A stretch of 64,000 nt of DNA. Source: an uncultured Verrucomicrobiota bacterium. GTDB taxonomy: Bacteria > Verrucomicrobiota > Kiritimatiellia > CAIKKV01 > CAITUY01. Under the pieces are notes generated by a model. That model searched no databases, was not told the DNA's origin, and was given only the letters and a program-made list of their open reading frames with translations. How positions within the stretch are numbered: position 1 is the first letter of the stretch; the number at the start of each line of letters is the position of its first letter. Made by a program: the position numbers and the translations under genes. The stretch spans positions 8,287-72,286 of the forward strand of contig CAZTAJ010000004.1 in the NCBI GenBank assembly GCA_964611575.1. Reading direction: 5' to 3'. Of this stretch, positions 39,220-47,997 are shown one piece after another.

Positions 39220-39486
39220 TCAGTCCGCCTTCTTGGCGGGTGTGGAGGTGGCCGGGGGCGCGGCCGGAGCACCGGTATCGGCTTTCGCGGCCTTCTTGTA
39301 ACTATCGCTACGGTAGTCCGTCTGATAGAACCCGCTGCCCTTGAAAATGATCCCGGCACCCGTTCCCATCAGGCGCCGCAAGGCCCCCTTGCACTTCGGA
39401 CACCGTTTCAGGGGCGCATCGCTCATGCGCTGAAACTGCTCGAAGGCGTGGTTGCATTTCTTGCATTCGTACTCGTATGTCGGCAT
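39220..39486 (-). CDS. FmdB-family zinc-ribbon protein
   Basis: 'MPTYEYECKKCNHAFEQFQRMSDAPLKRCPKCKG' is the CxxC_CxxC_SSSS signature. ATG at 39486. Confidence 0.8.
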   Translation of the reverse strand: MPTYEYECKKCNHAFEQFQRMSDAPLKRCPKCKGALRRLMGTGAGIIFKGSGFYQTDYRSDSYKKAAKADTGAPAAPPATSTPAKKAD

Positions 39487-39590
39487 CGATCCCACCCCTA
39501 ACCGCACCGGCTTCCAGTGCTGCAGAAAACAAACGGCAGCTTAATCACGCGGCCATGCACTGTCAATCACGCGGCTTGACATCCCGCGGC

Positions 39591-39618
39591 TTGACAATGC
39601 GGTACCCGCCTCTAGGAT
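39591..39618 (+). promoter_or_regulatory. candidate sigma70-type promoter for the receiver gene
   Basis: TTGACA (39591-39596), a 16-nt spacer, then TAGGAT (39613-39618). A second TTGACA lies at 39576-39581 inside the duplicated 12-mer CGCGGCTTGACA. Confidence 0.4.
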
Positions 39619-39633
39619 GTGCGCCTTCGTTTC

Positions 39634-39643
39634 GGGGGGGGGG
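39634..39643 (+). repeat. G10 homopolymer in the 5' leader of the receiver gene
   Basis: Ten consecutive G lie between the putative -10 element and the AAGGAAG RBS/ATG at 39658. Confidence 0.8.
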
Positions 39644-39657
39644 AAGGAAGGGCAGGC

Positions 39658-40227
39658 ATGGCGTGGCTGATTGAATGGTTTTCCGGCATACAGCTCAGCG
39701 GTTTCTCCCTGCTCGAGTGGATCGGCATCGTCTGCCTGATCTATTTGATCATGGTGGGTGTGGTGTTCGCGTTCCAGCGTCTGGCGGGCGTTTCGTTCTT
39801 CCAGAAATCCGTTCGCCGCAAAGGCGGCCCGGCATCCCTGTCCGAGCGGCTTCCCGGCGGTCATGAGAAGATCCTGATCGTGGATGACGATGACGCCGTC
39901 AGGGATTCCACGGCCCGGATCCTGCGTGAGCTGGGATACCAGACCGTCACGGCCGCAAACGGGGATGACGCCGTGCACTATATGCAGGAAAACGGGGCCG
40001 ACCTCGTTCTGCTCGACATGCGCATGGAGCCCGGGTTGGACGGCATTGAGACCTTCCGCCGCATTCGGGAGATCCGGCCTCTGCAAAAAGCCATGGTCAC
40101 GACCGCCTACGCCGGGCCCGCCGAGATTGCCGCCGTACGCGCGCTCGGCATCGAGCACTACCTGATCAAACCCGCCCCCCTCATGCTGCTCGCCCGCACG
40201 ATCCGCGAGGAACTCGCCCGGCCTTAG
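39658..40227 (+). CDS. membrane-anchored single-domain response regulator (receiver only)
   Basis: N-terminal TM 'FSLLEWIGIVCLIYLIMVGVVFAF', then the receiver 'KILIVDDDDAVR...DLVLLDMRMEPGLDG...TTAY'. There is no output domain and no kinase in the window. Confidence 0.75.
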   Translation: MAWLIEWFSGIQLSGFSLLEWIGIVCLIYLIMVGVVFAFQRLAGVSFFQKSVRRKGGPASLSERLPGGHEKILIVDDDDAVRDSTARILRELGYQTVTAANGDDAVHYMQENGADLVLLDMRMEPGLDGIETFRRIREIRPLQKAMVTTAYAGPAEIAAVRALGIEHYLIKPAPLMLLARTIREELARP

Positions 40228-40234
40228 CCGCTCA

Positions 40235-40696
40235 CTACGGCTGCTCCCGGGTCCAATCGAAACCCGCTTCAGGCGCGTCCTCGGGAATGCGCCCCTCGTC
40301 CGCCGGATTATAGATGTGCGTCGTCATGTAGATGAGGTTCGCCGGCGATTTCAGGACTTTACAGCCGTGCGCCACACCCGGCGGGATCTTGGCGACCCGC
40401 CCCGGCTGGCCATCGCCCATCCGGAAGTCCATGGTCCGGCCCAGGGTCGGCGACCCTGGACGGCAGTCCCACAGCCCCACCCTCAGCACCCCCGTGGCCA
40501 CATACCAGTAGTCCGTCTGGATCTGGTGGATGTGCCAGGCCTTGATGACTCCGTCCACCATCAGGGAATGGCTCCACTGTCCAAAGCCCGGATTGAAAAA
40601 AGGATCCGTCACGCGGATGATCTCCCGGAAGAATCCCCGCTGATCGGGATGCGTCGCCAGGTCCTTGATCACGACCCCCTCAATCGTTGTTTCCAT
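40235..40696 (-). CDS. dTDP-4-dehydrorhamnose 3,5-epimerase-like cupin
   Basis: 'DQRGFFREI', 'QWSHSLMVDGVIKAWHIH', 'DYWYVATG' and 'IPPGVAHG' are present. The ATG at 40696 has a GAAGGA RBS. The track GTG at 40711 would overlap the cmk stop. Confidence 0.7.
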   Translation of the reverse strand: METTIEGVVIKDLATHPDQRGFFREIIRVTDPFFNPGFGQWSHSLMVDGVIKAWHIHQIQTDYWYVATGVLRVGLWDCRPGSPTLGRTMDFRMGDGQPGRVAKIPPGVAHGCKVLKSPANLIYMTTHIYNPADEGRIPEDAPEAGFDWTREQP

Positions 40697-40707
40697 AGGT
40701 ATATCCT

Positions 40708-41358
40708 TCACTCTCTGACCAACGCCACAATGCGGGCGACCACCGCGTCAATGGAGAGCCCCGTCGTATCCAGCGTACAGGCATCCGGCGCCACGCGCAA
40801 CGGCGCGGTCTGCCGGCCGCTGTCCCGCCGGTCGCGAGTCTGCAGCGATGCCATCACGCGTCCCACATCGGCGCCCTCCGTTTCGGCATGCCGCCGCCGC
40901 GCGCGTTCTTCGGGGCTCGCGTCGAGGTAGAACTTGAACCGGGCGTCGGGAAACACCACGGTGCCGATATCACGCCCTTCCATGACCAGCGGGCCTTGCG
41001 TCGCCATGGCCCGCAACCAGGCGGTGGCCTGCGCGCGCACGTCGCCCACGGCGGCCACCAGGCTGACCCGCTCGTTCACCCGCTCGCTCCGGATTTCGGC
41101 CACCGGCTCGTAACCCCCGATGCGGAATCGGACCGCCTGCGCGTCCACAAAGAACTCAATCGGCATCGACCGCAGGACCGCCAGGACTTGATCCGGCTGC
41201 GCCGGGTCGCGGCCCTCCTCAAGCACCCGCCAGGTGATGCCCCGGTAGAGGGCCCCGGAATCGACATACAACCGGCCAAGCCGGGCCGCCACCCGGCGGG
41301 CAACCGTGGATTTCCCGGAGGCCGAGGGCCCATCGATGGCAATAACGTCACTCGACAT
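40708..41358 (-). CDS. cmk: cytidylate kinase
   Basis: 'IAIDGPSASGKSTVAR', 'YVDSGALYR' and 'EGRDIGTVVFPDA' are present. The ATG at 41358 overlaps the aroA 3' end by 11 nt. Confidence 0.9.
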   Translation of the reverse strand: MSSDVIAIDGPSASGKSTVARRVAARLGRLYVDSGALYRGITWRVLEEGRDPAQPDQVLAVLRSMPIEFFVDAQAVRFRIGGYEPVAEIRSERVNERVSLVAAVGDVRAQATAWLRAMATQGPLVMEGRDIGTVVFPDARFKFYLDASPEERARRRHAETEGADVGRVMASLQTRDRRDSGRQTAPLRVAPDACTLDTTGLSIDAVVARIVALVRE

Positions 41359-42673
41359 GTCCGCCCACCTTCTTGAGATCGTCCCAGAACTCGGGATAGG
41401 ATTTATTGACGCACGCGATGTTGTCCAGGCGCACCGGTCCCGAGGCCGACAGCGCCAGCACACTCATCGCCATCGGGATGCGGTGATCGCCGTGACTGTC
41501 GAGGGCGACATCGCCGCGAATGATGGCGCCGCCTTCGATGACAAACCCGTCGGGCCGCTCCTCCGCCGGCACGCCCAGACGGCTCAGGCTGGCCACCACG
41601 CTGTGCACCCGGTCGGATTCCTTCACCCGCAATTCGGCCGCATCGCGAACCACCGTGCGCCCGCGAGCCTTGGCCGCGGCAACGGCCACCAACGGCAGCT
41701 CGTCAATCAGGTCCGGGATTTCGGCTCCCCCCACCTCCGTGCCCGTCAATTCGCGGCCTTCCACACGAATAGTGCCGAGTGTCTCGCATGCCGAGGCACG
41801 GCTGTCAGGTTCGACAGTCACCAAGGCGCCCATGCGTTTCAGGACGCCGAGGAGGGCGCTGCGCCGCGGATTCAAACCCACGCCGCGGACTTCGATCACG
41901 CAGCCCGGCGTGACGGCGGCGGCCGTGAGCCAGAAGGCCGCCGACGAAAAATCGCCCGGGATCACCCACTCGCGGCCCCGCAGACGAGGGCCCTGGGCCC
42001 CATAGCCCGTCAGCCACACCCGCGGGCCGTCGGTATGCACCGGCACCCCCATCGCGTTGAGCAGCCGTTCGGTGTGATCCCGGGTGGGTTTAGATTCGAT
42101 GACGGCGGTGACCCCCTCGGCGAAGAGGCCGGCGAGCAGCACGCACGATTTCACCTGGGCGGAGGCCACCGGGAGGGTGTATTCGATGCCGCGCAGACGC
42201 CCGCCGGTAATGCGCAGGGGGGCGCAACCGGATTCGCCCAGCAGTTCCACCCGCGCTCCCATGCGTTCGAGCGGCTCCTGGATCCGGCGCATCGGGCGCG
42301 ATCGCAGCGACGCATCGCCCGTCAACTCGCTGGCGAACGCCTGGCCGGCCAGCAGCCCGGCCAGCAAACGGATACCGGTGCCGGAATTGCCCATGTCGAG
42401 GGCCCGTGACGGCGCCCGGAAACGCCCCCCCACCCCCCGGATAATCAACCGGTCGGCATCGAAGGCCCAGGATGCGCCGAGCTGCTCCATGACCTCGAGC
42501 AAGGTCACGCAGTCGGCACTGCGCAAAAAACCGCGCACGGTGGTCGTGTCCGCCGCCAGCGCGCCCAGCATCGCCATGCGGTGCGAGACGCTCTTGTCGC
42601 CCGGCACGGTCAGCCCGCCGCCAGGGCGTTGACACGGAAACACGGTCAGGGATGATGGGGTGTTCGCACTCAT
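41348..42673 (-). CDS. aroA: 3-phosphoshikimate 1-carboxyvinyltransferase (EPSP synthase)
   Basis: 'VPGDKSVSHRMAMLGALA', 'LDMGNSGTGIRLLAG' and 'DHRIPMAMSVLAL' are present. ATG at 42673. Confidence 0.9.
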   Translation of the reverse strand: MSANTPSSLTVFPCQRPGGGLTVPGDKSVSHRMAMLGALAADTTTVRGFLRSADCVTLLEVMEQLGASWAFDADRLIIRGVGGRFRAPSRALDMGNSGTGIRLLAGLLAGQAFASELTGDASLRSRPMRRIQEPLERMGARVELLGESGCAPLRITGGRLRGIEYTLPVASAQVKSCVLLAGLFAEGVTAVIESKPTRDHTERLLNAMGVPVHTDGPRVWLTGYGAQGPRLRGREWVIPGDFSSAAFWLTAAAVTPGCVIEVRGVGLNPRRSALLGVLKRMGALVTVEPDSRASACETLGTIRVEGRELTGTEVGGAEIPDLIDELPLVAVAAAKARGRTVVRDAAELRVKESDRVHSVVASLSRLGVPAEERPDGFVIEGGAIIRGDVALDSHGDHRIPMAMSVLALSASGPVRLDNIACVNKSYPEFWDDLKKVGGHVE

Positions 42674-42906
42674 AAACAGGCGCGCGTACTGTATCCCCGT
42701 CCCCCGCCCGGAATCAAGCATGCACCTGAACCCAGCCTCCCCCACCACCCCAGCAGGTGCATAGTCCCCGCCGCACCGGCCGGGCGCCACGGTATGGCGG
42801 GATCTGCGGGGCCACTGCCTCGCCGGTCCATGTCCCGCAGATCAAAGAGGCGCCCATTCTGCGCTTGCCCGATTCGCCCATCGCTCCAATACTCCTGCCA
42901 ACGCCC

Positions 42907-43779
42907 ATGCAGTCGCATCAGAATCCTCAAGACACCGCTCTGCCCTCCCAAACGCCGGAGGGGCATACCGCACGAACCGTCCCGGGACGCGGACAGTTGT
43001 TCCACCGCACCGAACTGCTGATCGGAAAACGGGCGATGACCGAGCTCGCCACCGCGCGTGTCGCAGTGTTCGGCATTGGTGGCGTCGGGAGTTGGGCGGC
43101 CGAAGCCCTCATCCGCAGCGGTGTCGAGCATCTGCTGATCGTGGACTCGGACGTCGTCTGCGCCACCAACGTCAACCGCCAGGCCCAGGCGACCGCGCTG
43201 AATGTCGGACAGCCGAAGCCGCAGGAACTCCGGCGCAGACTGCTGGAGATCAACCCCCGCGCCATGATCGAAGCGCTGCAGATGCCCTACAACGCGAGTA
43301 CGCGTGCCGGGTTTGACTTGGGGGCCTTCGACTACGTTCTCGACTGCATCGACAGCCTGCAGAATAAAGTGCTGCTGCTGGAACACTGCCAGTCGGCGGG
43401 CGTGCCGGTCTTCTCCTCCATGGGGGCCGGGGCCAAACTGGACCCCACGCAAGTGCGCGTGGCGCCCCTCTCGAAATCGTCGGTGTGTCCCCTCGCCCGC
43501 ATGGTGCGCAAGCGACTCGGCCGGCACGGCGCACCACGGGACTTCCTTTGCGTCTACAGCGAGGAATTGCCGCGCGACCCGGTGGAGGCGACCCCGTGCG
43601 GGACCGGCACCTGCGACTGTCAGCCCCGGTCCGGCGAAGCGCCTGGAGACCGTCCCGACTGGTGCAAACAGAAGAGGCGCATCAACGGAACAGTCGTGCA
43701 CGTGACCGCCGTCTTCGGGTTCACGCTCGCAGGACTGATCGTCCAGGATGTCCTGTCCCGCAATAGCAAGACACCCTGA
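42907..43779 (+). CDS. tcdA: tRNA threonylcarbamoyladenosine dehydratase (ThiF/MoeB-family, TcdA/CsdL-like)
   Basis: 'RVAVFGIGGVGSWAAEALIRSGVEHLLIVDSDVVCATNVNRQ' and 'VLDCIDSLQNKVLLLEHC' are present. The ATG at 42907 is preferred to the long Pro/Arg-rich upstream extension. Confidence 0.75.
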   Translation: MQSHQNPQDTALPSQTPEGHTARTVPGRGQLFHRTELLIGKRAMTELATARVAVFGIGGVGSWAAEALIRSGVEHLLIVDSDVVCATNVNRQAQATALNVGQPKPQELRRRLLEINPRAMIEALQMPYNASTRAGFDLGAFDYVLDCIDSLQNKVLLLEHCQSAGVPVFSSMGAGAKLDPTQVRVAPLSKSSVCPLARMVRKRLGRHGAPRDFLCVYSEELPRDPVEATPCGTGTCDCQPRSGEAPGDRPDWCKQKRRINGTVVHVTAVFGFTLAGLIVQDVLSRNSKTP

Positions 43780-43782
43780 CGA

Positions 43783-45753
43783 TCACCGGGCTGGAGCCTC
43801 CAGACGTGTCCGCCAGAACTGGAAACTGCCGTCAAACAAGACACGCCTCAAGGCGCCCAGGGAACTCGGGGCCAGGGTTTTCCCCATCGCGCGATGCACA
43901 CGGTCGCGCATTTTCCGCAAGTCTTTCAGAAGCAGTCGAACCGCCGCCGGGGAGTCCCCGCCCAGCAACAGGCGCTCCTCCCTCAACTTGATCAGGATGA
44001 TGCCGCACGCCAGCGCCACCTCCCGGCCGAAGGGGTGGCGGCAAGAGGTCTCACCCCACGTAATGAGCCGCTCGGCGGCCCGGGCGATCTGCTTCTGGCT
44101 GGCGATCAGGCTTCGCCGTTTCCGGGCGTCCAATGCCCGCAATTCCGTTTCCATGGCCTTGAACTTGTCCTGAAGGATCATCGAGAAGTGTTCCGGGTCC
44201 TCGCTCCAGCCATACCGGGTCAGCGTCAGGATCTGCCGGCCAACCGTCAGGAAGTCCTTCATGACAGCCTGGCGCTTCGCCAGGAACCGCGCGCCAAGGG
44301 CATCATCGATCTCCCCGATCGAGGCGTTGCCCTTCCAGGCGGCCAGCGCACCGGCCACATAGCCCGGGAAGGAGGCCGCCATGAAATGCGTGCCGCGCGG
44401 ACTCCAGTTGGTGTTGATCACGCCCATGGCCCCATTCTTCGCGAGCTCCGCGGTGAACGACAGCACGTTCGGGAGGCGTTTCTCATACATCGGCATGGCG
44501 AAATGCGACCCGAAACACTTGCTCGCCGGCGAGCCGACGACATCGAAGCCCTTGTCGAGGAAGTAGCGCAGGTACGGATACCCCTTAAACGGCGCCGCGT
44601 CATCGTCGCCGCACAGGTACGCGTCATACTCGGCCCGGAGGTCGGCGGGAAACTTGGCGTCCAGATCGTCCTTGCCGCCGGTCTCCTGCATGGAGGGCGT
44701 CTTCATGCCGGTGAAAACAAACCAGGTTGTCTCGTCGCCGGCATACCGCAAGTACTGCCAGTCATTGATGACGATGTCGCGGGGCAGTCCCTCGCATACC
44801 TCCGGGTAGGCAACCAGCATGTCGGCCCACATCATCATGCGCGCCCCGCGCCGTCGCACCATCCGGTGCACCCGCTTGATGTGCTCCCGGTAGATTCCCC
44901 CGTATCCCAGGCGCGCGTAGCGACCCCGGCAACGGGGGCACTGGCCCGAATACCCCACTTCGTCGAGCCCGGCGTGGATGAACCGGCTCTTTGGGAATGC
45001 CTGCCGGACCCCGTCAATGAGCCGCTCGATGAATTCCAGCGATCGCTTGTCGGATGGACAGAGCACGGCCGACGAATCCGGTTTCTCGCGGAGATCCTTG
45101 ACGTCCGCGTGCTTGAGATAGTTGCCCATGTGGCCGAACGTCTGTGCGGTGGGTATAACCTCGATGAACCAGCGGGTCGCCTCCTCACCGAACTTCCGCC
45201 AGAAGTCCATGGGAAGGGCGTCGGGATGGGCCAGCGTCTCAAGCCCCGGAAAGACCAGTTTGTCGGAAATGTCGAGCAGGAGCGTATTCACCGACAGGGC
45301 CGAGAATTGCGGCAACAGCCCCATCAGGAATTCCGGCGTGTACATGGTGTAGGTCAAGTCCAGGTGGGCGCCCCGCATGGACATGGCGGGCCAGTCCTTC
45401 ATCGAGCCGCGGATGGGACGGACGCCACCCGTCAACGAGGTCGCCCGCGTGTTCATGCCGCGCCACAATCCCTCGACCGTTGAGGCGCGGACCACCATCC
45501 GGTCGCGTGAGGCATCGATCCAAAAGGCCTCCCGGTTCAGCCCGGGGTTGACGTGAATGACAAGGGTGCCGTCCAGCACGCCTTGAATGCCGGCTTCCGG
45601 GTCGTTGCAGACGACCCTGAGTCCCGTCCTCTTCCCCAAATCGGCCCACAAATGTCCATACCCGCCCAGACCGGGAACCGAAATTCTCGACGGCTTCCGA
45701 ATCGAACGCCCCAATCCGGATCGGCCTTTCCCGGCATGCTTTCCAGTGCTCAT
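43783..45753 (-). CDS. GH20-like (beta-N-acetylhexosaminidase-type) TIM-barrel protein
   Basis: 'IRGSMKDWPAMSMRGAHLDLT' and 'RFIHAGLDEVGY' resemble the GH20 'I.D.P...RG..LD' and 'H.GGDE' blocks. No obvious signal peptide. ATGA-type overlap with the upstream gene. Confidence 0.5.
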   Translation of the reverse strand: MSTGKHAGKGRSGLGRSIRKPSRISVPGLGGYGHLWADLGKRTGLRVVCNDPEAGIQGVLDGTLVIHVNPGLNREAFWIDASRDRMVVRASTVEGLWRGMNTRATSLTGGVRPIRGSMKDWPAMSMRGAHLDLTYTMYTPEFLMGLLPQFSALSVNTLLLDISDKLVFPGLETLAHPDALPMDFWRKFGEEATRWFIEVIPTAQTFGHMGNYLKHADVKDLREKPDSSAVLCPSDKRSLEFIERLIDGVRQAFPKSRFIHAGLDEVGYSGQCPRCRGRYARLGYGGIYREHIKRVHRMVRRRGARMMMWADMLVAYPEVCEGLPRDIVINDWQYLRYAGDETTWFVFTGMKTPSMQETGGKDDLDAKFPADLRAEYDAYLCGDDDAAPFKGYPYLRYFLDKGFDVVGSPASKCFGSHFAMPMYEKRLPNVLSFTAELAKNGAMGVINTNWSPRGTHFMAASFPGYVAGALAAWKGNASIGEIDDALGARFLAKRQAVMKDFLTVGRQILTLTRYGWSEDPEHFSMILQDKFKAMETELRALDARKRRSLIASQKQIARAAERLITWGETSCRHPFGREVALACGIILIKLREERLLLGGDSPAAVRLLLKDLRKMRDRVHRAMGKTLAPSSLGALRRVLFDGSFQFWRTRLEAPAR

Positions 45754-46553
45754 TTTCCCAGTAACTCCTTGATGATCGGGCTGATGGATGCGCCGAGCAT
45801 CTCATATCCCTTTGCGGTTGGATGCACGAAATCGGACAGGACATCCCGGCTGATGGACTCGTCCTTCCCCACAAACCGGTCGCCGGGGTCCACAAATCGA
45901 ATGTTGGCATCCTCCTTGGCCAGGCCGGCAATCATGCCGTTCACCTGCTTGATGGGATCCCGGAAACGACGCCAGTGCTTGGTGGACGCCGCATCGGACA
46001 GCGGCAGGATGCCCACCAGGAGGATCCTGGTGTGCGGCAGTTTTTCCCTCAGCCGCCCGCATATAGCCCTGATCCCCGCACTGATTTCCTCGGGCGTATA
46101 CATCACCTTCATCGTGCCCCCGGCGAGAATGTTGTTGGCGCCGATCATCAGGACGACCACCTTCGGCGATAGCCCATCGACGGCCCCATGGTCAAGGCGC
46201 CATAGCACATGCTGGGTCCGGTCGGTGCCGAAGCCCATGTTGACGACATCGTATGTCCCGAAATACCTGTCCCAGGACTCTTTGCCCCTGACATACCTGG
46301 CCTCCGGGTTCCCGGCCCAATAGTGGAAGATTGAGTCGCCGATGAAGACCAGGTCGATGTTGCCCATCCTGGCGCACAGGTCTTTGACCTGCTGCTGGCG
46401 TTCCATCCAATCATACTCTTTGGTCTCGCCGGGACGGGGATTGACCGCGGGGATAGCCGCTTCATTCGTGCCCCCCTGGCCACAGACCGTGGCGGCCCCC
46501 GAGAACGCCACCAACCCAATAACGGTCAACAGCAACGCGCTAGTCTCGATCAT
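45750..46553 (-). CDS. secreted SGNH/GDSL-family esterase (PAF-acetylhydrolase/sialate-O-acetylesterase-like)
   Basis: 'LVFIGDSIFHYW', 'GFGTDRTQHVLWRL', 'VLMIGANN' and 'DFVHPTAKGYE' are present. The ATG at 46553 gives the signal peptide 'MIETSALLLTVIGLVAFSGAA'. Confidence 0.8.
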   Translation of the reverse strand: MIETSALLLTVIGLVAFSGAATVCGQGGTNEAAIPAVNPRPGETKEYDWMERQQQVKDLCARMGNIDLVFIGDSIFHYWAGNPEARYVRGKESWDRYFGTYDVVNMGFGTDRTQHVLWRLDHGAVDGLSPKVVVLMIGANNILAGGTMKVMYTPEEISAGIRAICGRLREKLPHTRILLVGILPLSDAASTKHWRRFRDPIKQVNGMIAGLAKEDANIRFVDPGDRFVGKDESISRDVLSDFVHPTAKGYEMLGASISPIIKELLGK

Positions 46554-47994
46554 GTTTCGCCCTCCGCATGGCGCCACCATCCAGTCTCGCCCCGATCACC
46601 GTCCCATCCCTGCCGGTGATAGAGTTCGTCAGCGGCGGAAGGGGCCCGGAAAAGACTTCGACCATCGAATGCCTGTCCAGACCCGTATGATCGATGAACG
46701 CCCGCACATCCCCGGACGGAAGGTTCGTCCCGGGATACGCCACCCTTTTCGATTGCAGGAAGTTATCGTCCAGGTCCAGCGTCGCCTCCGACATGCCGCG
46801 CCATCGGGAGAAGTCATAGAGCGTCTCGCACCCGATAAACGCGGAATGGTCAATTCTCAACGCGCGGGCGGACACCACCTCCACCCCCGTCTTCACGCCG
46901 TAGACGGTCGATTGCTTGAGGGACAATGTACCGCTCAGGATGAAAATGCCCCCGCCGACATCGCCGGTTCTCCCCAGGAAACAATTGATCAGGGTGACAT
47001 CCGCATCGTTGACGACATTCAACTGGGGGCCCACGTTGTTGCGGATGACGCAGTTCTCCATGACGAACTTTCCGCGATGGAACTCGACCCCGCCCTGGAA
47101 CGGGTTGTCTTCGATCACACAGTCCCGGTACGTGACCTCAGCTTCGGGATAGACATCGACGATGCCGCAGTTGGCGTTGTGGTCGAAACGGGAATCGACC
47201 ACGGTGGCCTTCGTGGTGCCGTGGTGGGACATACCCTGATCCATGTTGTAGCAGCCCCTGACGTTTTCGAAACGCACCCCGACATTCTTGCTGGAGGAGA
47301 AGCCGTCATTGCACGAGTACATGCTGGTCAGATTCCGGACCGTCACATGGTCGCTTCCGATGCTGACGATGCCGTCCCCACCCGGGGCCTCGATCTTGAT
47401 ATCGGCGGGGGTCTTGCCGTCGGGCAGCCGCACATAGAGCGTGTTCCTCAGCGGGTCCGGCTCCCGCTTGCCCGCGACGGCGGGAAAGTAGGCATTGGCG
47501 TGCAGGAAGTATCCGCCGGCAACCAGACTCGCGCGGGTTTCGCCATTTATCCCCGGCTTGCCGTCGAAGAACACCAGGTCGAACCCCACCCAGTAGCTGC
47601 GGCTCGTGTGATAGTTGTTGGACAGCATGAGGCTGAACACCTGGTTCCCCTCATCTTTCCATTCCCCGGCTTGATAATGCGTCAGCCCGGTGATGGTGGC
47701 CCCATGTCCGTCGATCACCGTCGGCTTATCCTGGCTGCCGCCCGGGATATACCAAAACGCCAGATGATCGAAGTGCTCGCGCCGTCGATACGGCTCACCC
47801 GTATTCGCCAGATGGAGGGTGTCGCCCGTCCGCATGGCCTTCGCCGCCGGCCGAAGCGTTTGGAAGGGGGCCTGTTCCGTGCCCGGATTCCGGTCGTCGC
47901 CGGCCTTGTTGTTCACGTAGATGTCGCCGGCGCACGCGACCAACGAAGCCATCATGACAACCGGCACGACCGCGAGCCAACCGGCCTCAGGCAT
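46540..47994 (-). CDS. secreted right-handed parallel beta-helix protein, paralog of 17989..19455
   Basis: 'DIYVNNKAGDDRNPGTEQAPFQTLRPAAKAM' parallels 'TLYVNNRTGNDTFDG...PFATIMKAVSMA' in the other copy. Length is similar (484 vs 488 aa). Confidence 0.65.
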   Translation of the reverse strand: MPEAGWLAVVPVVMMASLVACAGDIYVNNKAGDDRNPGTEQAPFQTLRPAAKAMRTGDTLHLANTGEPYRRREHFDHLAFWYIPGGSQDKPTVIDGHGATITGLTHYQAGEWKDEGNQVFSLMLSNNYHTSRSYWVGFDLVFFDGKPGINGETRASLVAGGYFLHANAYFPAVAGKREPDPLRNTLYVRLPDGKTPADIKIEAPGGDGIVSIGSDHVTVRNLTSMYSCNDGFSSSKNVGVRFENVRGCYNMDQGMSHHGTTKATVVDSRFDHNANCGIVDVYPEAEVTYRDCVIEDNPFQGGVEFHRGKFVMENCVIRNNVGPQLNVVNDADVTLINCFLGRTGDVGGGIFILSGTLSLKQSTVYGVKTGVEVVSARALRIDHSAFIGCETLYDFSRWRGMSEATLDLDDNFLQSKRVAYPGTNLPSGDVRAFIDHTGLDRHSMVEVFSGPLPPLTNSITGRDGTVIGARLDGGAMRRAKHDRD

Positions 47995-47997
47995 GGG

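Noticed and set aside
43779-43783. Very tight convergent gene ends (tcdA/GH20-like, 3 nt apart; receiver/RmlC-like, 7 nt apart at 40227-40235), considered as a possible annotation error or gene fusion.
   Set aside because: Both partners of each pair have recognisable C-termini and proper stops on opposite strands, so these are genuine convergent ends without room for hairpin terminators.
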